Source: Sphaeroforma arctica JP610 (Eukaryota). From it: a stretch of DNA of 48,545 bases. The stretch is taken from contig NW_014039895.1 of the NCBI RefSeq assembly GCF_001186125.1, positions 3,545-52,089 on the forward strand, read 5' to 3'. The notes below the pieces were generated by a model. The model was not told the origin of the DNA. It made no database searches and saw only the letters and a list, made by a program, of their open reading frames with translations. Of this stretch, positions 28,226 to 38,600 are shown one piece after another. The position numbers were made by a program, and so were the translations under genes. How positions within the stretch are numbered: the first letter of the stretch is position 1; each line of letters begins with the position of its first letter.

Positions 28226-29058
28226 ATACCAAGACGTTTATGTTAATAAGACAATAAGTTAATCCGTTTAAATGCAAAATGTTAAATAAGTTTAGCTTCA
28301 ACCCTTCGTGATGAGCAAAAGATTAGGGGATTTTAGACTGAGACTATTGTTTATATGCTCCGCTCTAATCACTCACTACTTCGGTCTAGATTTATTTCTA
28401 TTTTAGTTACTAAGACCAGATATCATTTCATTGGACGCTTAGTTTACATTTCACGCCTCGAAACAATCATCTAATCAACTAACCAATAAAAAATACTTAA
28501 GAAAATAAAGGAAAATCAAAACACCAAGCTGGTGCAGTATACATCTGCACCTAGACCCCGTCACTTGGTACCTAGCTTCCCATCCCATTTAAGGCATAAA
28601 CGGGCACATCTAGTTGGCTGGCTAGGGGGAATCAAACCCATGTTGTCCTAAATTCTAATAACTCTGATCCTGTCCTTTTCTCAGTGGATTATCTTGCTCT
28701 GAGAACATTATCGAATTGTACCAACAACCATTTCATGCCTGAGACCCTCTCTCATGGTACTCCCATAAATTAGAGATTCCCAAAGTGTCATTATCAGGTG
28801 TCAGATTGGTGTCGTTCCTATATTATGTACAATTCTAACTTCAGTGGAAAACCCAATCTATATTTCGAAAGCCACTTAATTATCCACAGTAGAGTCTCAT
28901 ACTCTAAGTTCTTGTTCATGTCCAATTCGTTAAACGTATTTCAGTATTATAAGAATATCCGTTGATATGTTTATACGTTTATAATATACGTTAGCTGTGC
29001 AACTACTATTAGGAACCCGCTATTTTTACACAGCATAAACGTTATATACCAAATCATG
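28226..29058. mobile_element. ~0.83 kb AT-rich non-coding insertion (solo LTR or MITE) splitting the minus-strand integrase
   Basis: Flanked by ATAAG at 28221-28225 and 29059-29063; removing it restores the frame IDSSTY|SQPRGDQLLQL. Alternative boundary: 9-bp inverted repeat ACGTTTATG (28234) / CATAAACGT (29034-29042). Confidence 0.6.
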
Positions 29059-29316
29059 ATAAGTAGAGGAGTCAATCAATGGGGCCGTCCACTCTTCCAG
29101 GGTACGGATGGCCATCTCTGCTCGTCCATTACCGCCGTGATGTGCCACCGACGTTAAATACACAAACATCCCATGCTCTAACGCAAAGTCCTTGAACAAC
29201 TTGCTGTCAAATATACTGTCCATGTCCGCAACAATATGCTGTGGAAGTCCACAGGGAAACACTTGTTCTAACATAAACTTGATGACACCTCTCGTAGTTT
29301 TCTTAGCTTGCGTAAA
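29059..29316 (-). pseudogene. Integrase catalytic core fragment (second D and the E) of the minus-strand gypsy element
   Basis: KKTTRGVIKFMLEQVFPCGLPQHIVADMDSIFDSKLF...HHGGNGRAEMAIRTL. Confidence 0.85.
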
Positions 29317-30170
29317 TGTAATAGCTGGGCCTCCATATTAAGCTCTATGTTATACACGTACTCTTAAGCAGTACGTAAACTACAAACGTATTCTTAATAG
29401 TACGAGGAACTTAAGTTTCCTAAATGGTTTTTAACGGTTTTATTAATTAATACCTTTTCCATTTCACATATCAGATATTTGGACAAGGCCATTAAAAGGC
29501 CCCAGTAAAATACCAAACATAAGATTTGGTCTAGTTCTATTAATAGAACTATATTTACTTTCCAAATCTATTTATATCTGAATACTTCGGTAGCGAGATG
29601 GCTCAACCGAACATAGGTTTCTAAGGACTATTAGCATTGCTTAGTTTATCCTCCTTTCAGCCAACCAGATGTGCCAGTCTGATGAAGGCTAAGTCGATAA
29701 TTCTTGATAAGTGGTAAGTTATTGGTTAATGCAATAACTATGGACATCAGGAGTATTTTTCTTTTTCTATTCCTTTTTTCTTCTAAAGATAGGATTTTAT
29801 GAGTATCTTGGATTGCCCCAACGAAACATACCATAGTTTCTATTAGAGTGACAACGAAACACTCAATAAAATCCCTTCGGCGAAAACAGTACTGAGAGGA
29901 TTATATATAGGCAATGTCTCAGCCTCACAATCCCTCAAAGTATTGCTGTTTTCACGAGGCATACCTAACTTTACTAAACGACTCATTTCGTTTATTTATT
30001 TCAAATTTAACTATACTTAGACTTAACCGAAGAGTTTAATTACTTTAAGGCGTTAATATCGCCTTGATAGACCGAAACTTACATAAAAACGCAAACCACT
30101 AACAACTTCGACATTTCGTTTACAGCGACTTGCAATTACGCCCGAAAAGCGTAAAGGCCTGAGCGCTACA
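29317..30170 (+). repeat. 5' LTR (TGTA...TACA)
   Basis: Starts TGTAATAGC at 29317 and matches 34845-35645 up to 30129. The end at ...GCGCTACA 30170 is inferred from the terminal inverted repeat and a following TGG-starting PBS-like tract (TGGCAGTTGAGCCAG, 30175-30189). Confidence 0.85.
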
Positions 30171-30173
30171 CCT

Positions 30174-31515
30174 GTGGCAGTTGAGCCAGATGTACTCAGC
30201 GCATCTATACTTTACGAGGTACTACCACCAGAACTCCAGGCTAATTATTCGCCTGTTCTAACGCCCGGCCATGAGTTGCCCGTCCTTGAAGGTATTATAG
30301 ACCCAGAGGCAGGTAAAAATACTCCGCCACCTTTACCCAACTGGGATGACAATCGTCGAGAACCAGGTAAGACTGGGTATGTCATCCAGACGCATGAATC
30401 ACCCAAGATTATAATACCAATTACTATCCAAGAAACAGCGCACCGAAAGGCCTCGACCATGGACTTTACAAGGGGTAATAAACACTCCCGTAAACGTGTT
30501 AACGATGTCGAATTTAATCGCTTCGATTGCACAGCATTACACCAGCCCGCAGAGGATATCCACTCCGACGAGGTGACCGAACTTTTATAAATCGGTCGAC
30601 GATTACACCATTAAGATGGAAATCGCCCATGGCGAGCACCGTGCTGATGACGTATCATATTTTGCTAATATGATCGCGATCAAGCAGAAGCGCATCGATC
30701 AGCTACTTCAGGCCCAACGTGGGCAAGACCCCCGGGATAACTCGAAGTCCAAGGGACAGATTAGTTGACTTAAGTCGAACTGGGATGCCAACAGCAAGCA
30801 GGTCGAGTTTATAAACAACCATGACCTCGACACCCTAAACCGTACGTTTAATGCGTTTACGGTCATGCTGGAGACGAATGATATCGCTCCCCAGCAATGG
30901 ATTTCTGCTTTAATGCAATCGTTTGACCCTACATGAACAAGTTACTTGATCCTGCAGCGACATCAGCATGAGCTAGACACTTGTCGTGACTGTCCAGCTG
31001 TGTGTTGGTTGGTTACGTCCTTATTTAGCAAGGACATACGAAGTCCAGGGCTGAGTTCAATCTTAACTGAACCGGTTGAGAATACTCCTATTCAGAGTTA
31101 TATTCTGAAACTTGATGCTGATCTTAAACGTCCAGATATAACAAAGGACAAGGCTCAGCGATGGTACAAGTTCCTGGTTATGCATGTTTTCTGTAAGAGC
31201 ATAAGAAACAACGACCGTGAAAGTCTGTACACCGAGTTGCGACGTAAATACGCTACTGAGGCTCGAGACAAGGGACGTGAAACAAAGTTTTATCTATCCC
31301 GACTTACGTGGGAACAGCTTTATGATACTGTATCCACCCTTTTCCCCGCACACCGAGTATCCTCGAAGGGAAAGGCGGTAAATAAGAAACCGCGCGAGCT
31401 CCCTGATTAAGGATACCTCTCACGCCAGACGTCAAATGATAAACCTCATCAGACGCGTCCTAACCAGACACGTGCTCGCGACTCCACTCAATCAACGCGA
31501 CCCAATAAACATGTA
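30174..31515 (+). pseudogene. Degenerate gag region of the + strand gypsy element
   Basis: Broken ORFs 30174-30590 and 30946-31410 lie between the 5' LTR and RT. Assigned by position; no zinc knuckle recognised. Confidence 0.55.
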
Positions 31516-32541
31516 CCAATTGAACCTAACACAGGGGTATCATCAAATGCAAATTTATGAAGCCCATCGTAAGTACTTTAGTTTTACCTGGAAAGGTAAA
31601 CAATAAAGGTTTAGAGGTGCACCTTTTGGGTCGCACTCCTTACCAGCATTCTTCCAACAAGTTATGGAGGAAAAGTTTGCAGACATGCCTAACGTGCAAG
31701 TCTATATAGATGACATAGTCATTTTTTTTAAGACTAAGGGCGAACATGCCGCAATAGTCAGGCGAGTCCTTCAGAGACTCAACGAACAAAACTTCAAGAT
31801 TAACGAGAAGAAATGTCACTTCGCCATGAGCGAAATACAGCTCTTAGGCTACCGTATATCTGGGGAAGGTATTAAAATCGACCCCGGTAAGGTGGAACAC
31901 TTGTTAGATTGGCGAACACCAACTACAGGAAGAGATGTGAACAGCATGTGTGGGTTTGTAAACTTCTTTTCAGATGGAGTACCACACTTGGCTGATTATC
32001 TTAACCCTTTGAACACTTAAGATGTCATAAAGGTAAACCAGGAGACTTGTGGACTAAAGAGTGTAATGACGCATTTAAAGCGCTCAAGCACGCAGTCCAA
32101 CAAGCCCCTGTTGTACAAGGACCAGTCGCTGGCGTGCCTATTGAAATAGTAACGGACGCATCAGACTTAGCACTCGGAGGTGTACTATACCAGGTTATAG
32201 ATAATAAACCTAGGTATATACAATTGTTTAGCCGAGCAATGAATGCATCACAGTTGAATTATCCAACTGTGAAGCAAGAGCTACTAGCCATAGTAGCAGC
32301 TTTGACACACTTCCGCGAATATGTATACGGAACAGCTTTTACGCTGATGTGTGATCAGAAGTCCCTTCAATATATGAAGGAAATGAAGCCAGACTCTCAA
32401 TTACTGAGCCGATGGCATGATACAATATCAAAGTTTCATTTTGATATCAAACATCTACCAGGGATACATAACCATTTACCGGATATGTTATCACGCTTTG
32501 TACCGGACTTTAATAAATCCGTACGTGGGTTACTAGCCACT
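31516..32541 (+). pseudogene. Reverse transcriptase (5'-truncated) and RNase H
   Basis: LNLTQGYHQMQI...RKYFSFTWKGKQ*RFRGAPFG...YIDD...KKCHF...LLGYRIS...GFVNFF, then RNase H motifs. Stops near 31603 and 32018. Confidence 0.92.
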
Positions 32542-32905
32542 GATTGGAAATGTAACCCCAGGTGGTTTGAACTGGCTCAAAAGATATTTGGGCACATACA
32601 GTTGACATGTTTGCTGCACATCATAACGCACAACTTAAGAATTACAGGACTTTAAATCATCCTTTAGTATATGCCTTTTAATTAGACCTCTCCGAACATA
32701 ATGCGTGGGCTAATCCACCATGGCAGTTATTTGCCCAATTACTAAATTATGTTCATATACACAAAGCTATCATCACGTTGTGTTGCCCATTACGGAGTAA
32801 AGATCCATGGCTCAATACAAAATAAGCATGATACAATGCGAGCCAATATTTTAGATAGGGAAGTAGATACTTTCCTATATCAGGGTACCCGAGCCGCCCA
32901 GAAGA
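32542..32905 (+). pseudogene. Dam-like DNA N6-adenine methyltransferase domain (DIRS-type MT) in pol
   Basis: With one frameshift near 32593: DWKCNPRWFELAQKIFG-HTVDMFAAHHNAQLKNY...YAF*LDLSEHNAWANPPWQLFAQLL...ITLCCP...DPW. NPPW lies at 32712-32723. Confidence 0.85.
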
Positions 32906-33299
32906 CNNNNNNNNNNNNNNNNNNNNNNNNNNNNNTCAGAGATTCCACTCCCTACTAAATTGAGCGTTAAGCAATTCAAAGGCAACACAGCACTTGAAGT
33001 CTCTGCACAAGAAATACAATCTACTAGTGACACTACAGTTAAGAAGCGTCAGTCTCTAGCTAGGACTCTGCTTAATAACATAGAGTCCAAGCCCGAAGTC
33101 TTTCAACCCCTATTTTTAAAAGGGATTGATGAAAGATAATCCCGAAGCATATACACATATAATGCGACTATTAAATAAGTCAGGTGTACCAAACGCACTC
33201 GAGCGCACTCATGACACTCATGCGAAAGAAGGACAGGAGTCTGGAAACACTACTGACTCAGAGACCACGCAAGTGGGTTCTTAACACCCTACCTTTATT

Positions 33300-34616
33300 G
33301 TGGAGGAGCAGAATGATGAAAACATTCTTGCTTGGCTGACGCAAAACCATAAGCTGTGCGTAGTAGACGCAATTGAAGATGCTAAGCGAAATGGGATCGC
33401 GCACCCTAAGCTGGCAACTTTAGTTGACAGAGTATATCAGTCATGTACAGACTGTGATCTCAACCAGATTAAGCGCTATGGGTTCGCACCGCTTAAGAGT
33501 GTGACTGAAGATGTTCCATGGCGCAGGGTCATCATTGATCTGGTTGACCTGCCTACGTCCGAGCACACAGGCGACCGTTACGTATGCCACTTCTTACGGT
33601 ATAACTTGCTCTATACTTCAAAGGACAAGAGTACGCAGGCCGTGGCAGAATTATGTTGCCAAGTCTTTGCTGACCACGGGTGGCCAGGTGTAATGTGTAC
33701 TGATAACGGTAGCGAGTTCTGTGATGACGTAATGGAATCGTTAGTACTCGTATCAGGCATGTGCCATAAAAGGGATGTACCATATAAACCGCAAACACAA
33801 GGCGCGAATGAAACGCGCCATAGAAGACTTGAGTGCTTCTTACGTACTGCATTAACGGATGATGCAGATGATTTACAAACACAGATGAACGAGTGTGTTG
33901 ATCCGGTTACAGGTACAGCACCCGCTCACTATTTTCGTGGCAGATATAGTGAGTTACAAATACCTTTTAACAAGGACGAACCTAATCACCATGAGTTACC
34001 ATGGTTAGAGCCATGGTTAGAGAAGGTACAACGTGTTTATAACGTTGTATATCCTTGCTTGCGAGAAACACGCAATATTGCCTTATTAAAAAGGCAAAAT
34101 AGATGGAACGCTACCAAAAAGATAGCAGAGTATCAGGTTGGAGACAGAGTTATCATCCGTCAACGTAATTCCGATGCTACTGTACTAACATCGAAATGGA
34201 TAGGACCATACATAGTCTCTGTAGCCGACTATGAGGTTAATAACCCCGACGGTTCTAGTGCTTTAAATATAGGCACTAGTCGGATTCCGACTACCGAGAT
34301 TATACTCGCAAGAAGACATGGCTCTAATGCCCCTCTTGATCGTCCTGAATTTAAAGACATTATATGGAGAACGAATAAGGGAGGTTATACATACTATCGT
34401 ACACGCTTTATAGACGGTACAATCTCTGAGTTGACTTCAGATGCTTTCGATAATCAAGACTATTTGAAAGCCTTTCATCGAAAATGGCGTAAACGCCTGC
34501 ATAAGTCACAAGCTGAAAAGATAGCATGTTTCCATCGTCTGAAGGCACAGAAGTTAAAACTTACTCGCTTACAGCATTTATCACGAGCTTTAAGGCTCAC
34601 CCTTCATATGTGCTGA
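33300..34616 (+). CDS. DDE (rve) integrase of the + strand gypsy element, with chromodomain-like C-terminus
   Basis: Open frame of 438 aa with CTDC, IIDLVD, TDNGSEF, GANE, then YQVGDRV...KWIGPY (GPY/F module). Part of a broken pol, so not an independent gene. Confidence 0.85.
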   Translation: MEEQNDENILAWLTQNHKLCVVDAIEDAKRNGIAHPKLATLVDRVYQSCTDCDLNQIKRYGFAPLKSVTEDVPWRRVIIDLVDLPTSEHTGDRYVCHFLRYNLLYTSKDKSTQAVAELCCQVFADHGWPGVMCTDNGSEFCDDVMESLVLVSGMCHKRDVPYKPQTQGANETRHRRLECFLRTALTDDADDLQTQMNECVDPVTGTAPAHYFRGRYSELQIPFNKDEPNHHELPWLEPWLEKVQRVYNVVYPCLRETRNIALLKRQNRWNATKKIAEYQVGDRVIIRQRNSDATVLTSKWIGPYIVSVADYEVNNPDGSSALNIGTSRIPTTEIILARRHGSNAPLDRPEFKDIIWRTNKGGYTYYRTRFIDGTISELTSDAFDNQDYLKAFHRKWRKRLHKSQAEKIACFHRLKAQKLKLTRLQHLSRALRLTLHMC

Positions 34617-34844
34617 AGACACTGAAGCGTAAGAAACGTCCAGTCGACCACCACGGACCTACTAGACCTAAGCCCAAAACTCACAGGGTAACCGAGAACG
34701 CTTAACTTCTCCGCCTGAGAAACATTAACTATACGTAATGCTACTTAATGTTTTCGACCCGTTTTTACTTCTCGCTTTGTAAATCCAAAATCGGCTCGCG
34801 TGAGCAACTAGTCTCTGTTGGATTTCAAAGCTGGGCGGAGGCTG

Positions 34845-35645
34845 TGTAATAGCCGGGCCTCCACATTAGACTCTTTGTTATAAACGTACTCTTAAGCAGT
34901 ACGTAAACTACAAACGTATTCTTAATAGTACGAGGAACTTAAGTTTCCTAAATGGTTTTTAACGGTTTTATTAATTAATACCTTTTCCATTTCACATATC
35001 AGATATTTGGACAAGGCCATTAAAAGGCCCCAGTAAAATACCAAACATAAGATTTGGTCTAGTTCTATTAATAGAACTATATTTACTTTCCAAATCTATT
35101 TATATCTGAATACTTCGGTAGCGAGATGGCTCAACCGAACATAGGTTTCTAAGGACTATTAGCATTGCTTAGTTTATCCTCCTTTCAGCCAACCAGATGT
35201 GCCAGTCTGATGAAGGCTAAGTCGATAATTCTTGATAAGTGGTAAGTTATTGGTTAATGCAATAACTATGGACATCAGGAGTATTTTTCTTTTTTCTATT
35301 CCTTTTTTCTTCTAAAGATAGGATTTTATGAGTATCTTGGATTGCCCCAACGAAACATACCATAGTTTCTATTAGAGCGACAACGAAACACTAAATAAAA
35401 TCCCTTCGGCGAAAACAGTACTGAGAGGATTATATATAGGCATTGTCTCAGCCTCACAATCCCTCAAAGTATTGCTGTTTTCACGAGGCATACCTAACTT
35501 TACTAAACGACTCATTTCGTTTATTTATTTCAAATTTAACTATACTTAGACTTAACCGAAGCGCTTAATTACTTTAAGGCGTTAATATCGCCTTGATAGA
35601 CCGAAACTTACATAAAAACGCAAACCACTTTTCGTTTACAGCGAC
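34845..35645 (+). repeat. 3' LTR, 3'-truncated, preceded by a PPT-like tract (AAAGCTGGGCGGAGG)
   Basis: Direct repeat of 29317-30129 with about 11 substitutions and one 13-bp deletion (manual count). It lacks the last ~41 bp of the 5' LTR. Confidence 0.9.
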
Positions 35646-38600
35646 CAATACTGAGCATTCTCCTGCGGATGCCACAGGAAGGTCGACGAAATCCACACCC
35701 CAGTGGGCTAAATGACCGCTGTTCGCTCAGGTTGTTGCAACAAGCCTGAAGATTCTGGTGGTGGCCTCCCATACTGCTGATACTGTGCACGAACTCGAAC
35801 TATCATTCGTATTTGCGGCCACAAGTTACCCCACCCAGGTACATATTTTGTCAAGTGCTCCAAGCGTGCCTGCGCAGCATGCGCATATGTTACATGGAGG
35901 TATTGCAAGGACTTAACAACTTGTGCTCCTGTTAGCTCCACGCCTCAAAGTTTCCGTGTGGGGCAAGCCAACAGGACCGGCCGGGGATCCACCTGAAGAG
36001 GAACAGCCTTTCGTCTAAGAGCCGAACCAGCATTATCCCTTGTGTCTCCCAGTTCCTCAGCGTTTATTGACGCCGCCACCACAGGTATGTCACGCTCCTG
36101 AGTACTAACCGTATCTTGCTGTCTGTCGACGGATATACTCACTGTTCTGCTCTGTTCAGTGATTGGTCCAAAACATACATTTCTTTCACTTTCATAACCA
36201 GAAATGCAGCCACCTGTCGCACCCCGGTCCTCAAAGAGTTTAGTTGCATCTGCGTCGTTGTGGTTGTTTGCCTGACATGCTTCGATTCAGCTGGCTCCAT
36301 AACCGAGTCACTGCTGAACAAAGCTTCACACTTCTTCCAGATTTCCGCACTTACTTGAAAATGTCTTGGACCCAATCTGCAGATGAGAGTAACAAATGAA
36401 GGTGGTTTTGTATCCTCTCGCCCATGCCTGTTGAATACCTCCGCTAACTATGGGGTCGTCAGCTAAAAGTTCCACCAAAATAGGGAACCACTCTGTCCAA
36501 GGCCAGTAAGGGCATACTAAAGTACACCACGCTACTTCCTTCTTGGCCTTGTTGACCACTTTGGGTAGCAACGTCCAATGATGATTAAATAACTAGTTAA
36601 CACTGGGGTCGCCCCAGTATCACACAAATAACCCTCTTTCTAGAGTAGGAACACAATAATAGGGAAGTATGGCGTTGCCTGGTAAGGCAAACCCGTCGGC
36701 CGTGTGGGGTCCCCACTGCTTATCTGCCGCTTTAAAGTATGGGGACGTAAGTTGGTACTCCTCTGTCGACGGCATGGATGCTAGTGGATAGGCAAAATGT
36801 TTTCTGAGGTCTTCACTACCCTCTCGCACCCGCAGTATGGGATCAATGGTAACACATGAGCGGGACAACACATCCGCTATAGGATTTTCTTCCACAGGTA
36901 TGTGCACTATTTACCCATTGAAGTCTCGTACTACATCGTAGTATCGTCCCATTCGTCTGCCCCCGACGTCGTCTACAAATGATTCTTTAGACCTAGAAAA
37001 TATTGCTACCAATGGCTGGTGGTCAGCATATAGCCGTATCACCTTCTCCGTACGACTGAGTATCCTCATGTCCTTGCGTATCCCGCACACCAGGGCCAAG
37101 GCCTCTTTGTCTGTGATGTGATATGCCTTCTGCGCCCCATCATACCGTGAAGAGACGAAGCTGACAGGCAGATAACTTCCATTCTAAATACTGTAAGTAT
37201 ACCACCTATGCCTACTGATTCGCAAGCGTCTGCGAACATCACTAGTTTCGTAGTAGTTCCCCAATTTTCTGAAATGCAGCTCGTTGCGGTTGATCCCATA
37301 TGAACACACTATCATCTTTTAGCAGTATCGCCACTGGTTGCAGTATCCTCGCAAAATTGGGCACATACTCTAGCCCACCAACCCACCCTATGGTACCAAG
37401 ATTTTAGTCGATCCTTTGAGGTTGGTTCATTTAGCTCTAGCAACGCATGTAAGCGTACATCCCCCATTGTAGATCCTATATAGTCCACCAGCCTCCCTAT
37501 GATTACCACCGGCGTTCTGTATTGCGCTACCACACATTTGGAAAGTCTTAGCTGCACATTATATCGTCGGCACCTCTCCATAAAAAACTTTAGCCACTTC
37601 CGATAAATCATCAATGTAGCAAACCACATCATCGAGACCCGCAAATATCTCTTCTAACACCTGCTGACACCTCCACGATGCCTCCTTCAACCCGAAGGGC
37701 ATCCCCACAAAGGGTTATCTTCCAAAAGGTGTCTTAAAAGACAAGTATTTACGCGACAGGGGTGCTATCCTCAACTGATAGAACCTTGACCCATATCCAT
37801 TGTCGTTGTATAATTTTTGTTTTTCAACTTAAGACAAATTTTCACGTTTTGTGGGTATATGATACAGTACCGCTCTTAGTTGCGTATTCACTCTTTTCAG
37901 ATTAACACAACACCGCCAATCGTCCACTTCTACAGGTGTCACCCCGGGCTTCTTATAGACCAAATGAGGAGCCGAATATCATTCGCTCTTCTGAATCTCT
38001 TCTATAATGCCTGCCTTCAACCACGCAGACACCTTCTGGAACAATGCTCCTCCCCTTACTTAATCATTGTGAAAGTAGCTCGTATATTGAGGGACAGCGT
38101 CAACATTCTCGTAAAGTATCAGGTCGGCTACATTAAGAAATTTTGGATGCATTGCATCATACGCAACCGCCTCAAACAGGGACAGTAAGGTATGTACTTT
38201 TTCTTTAGATGCCATTACTGTTTCTGCCAATTTGTGTATTCCATCGGTTACAAGATCTGAGTAGTCCAAAGCCTTGTCCCAGACCACATTTTCATGTTCA
38301 TCGTCTAGCCACTCCGATGTGCAATATTTTTTCGCTGAGTCTCGGTAAAGCATGAGATACTCCTGTCGCGCTCTTAGTCATAAGCCCTTCATACACAGGC
38401 ATCTTCTCTTCTCCAGCTCCTTCTTCAGGCATCACCGCCACTACTATATACTCCAATGCCAGTTGACGTGCGGACTCCATAAGCTCTTCCTGGGGGACTA
38501 CGGTCAGTACTTGCTTTCTCCAAACTAGATGCCAGCACAGCTCCTGCAGACTTTTGTATCCCACCAGTAAGTCACAACTCATGGGAATACATGTTACTAC

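Larger units (their letters stand above)
29317..35645 (+). mobile_element. Ty3/gypsy LTR retrotransposon (defective): gag, partial RT, RNase H, Dam-like MTase, DDE integrase, chromodomain-like tail
   Basis: Two near-identical LTRs. RT: GYHQ...APFG...VQVYIDDIV. RNase H: IVTDASDLALGGVL, YPTVKQELLAIV, HLPGIHNHLPDMLSR. Integrase: CTDC, VIIDLVD, CTDNGSEF, PQTQGANE. The order RT-RH-IN is gypsy type. In-frame stops and frameshifts are present. Confidence 0.93.

Noticed and set aside
30175..30189. Assigning the PBS to a specific tRNA
   Set aside because: It only loosely resembles initiator-Met type PBS sequences. The host tRNA set is needed.
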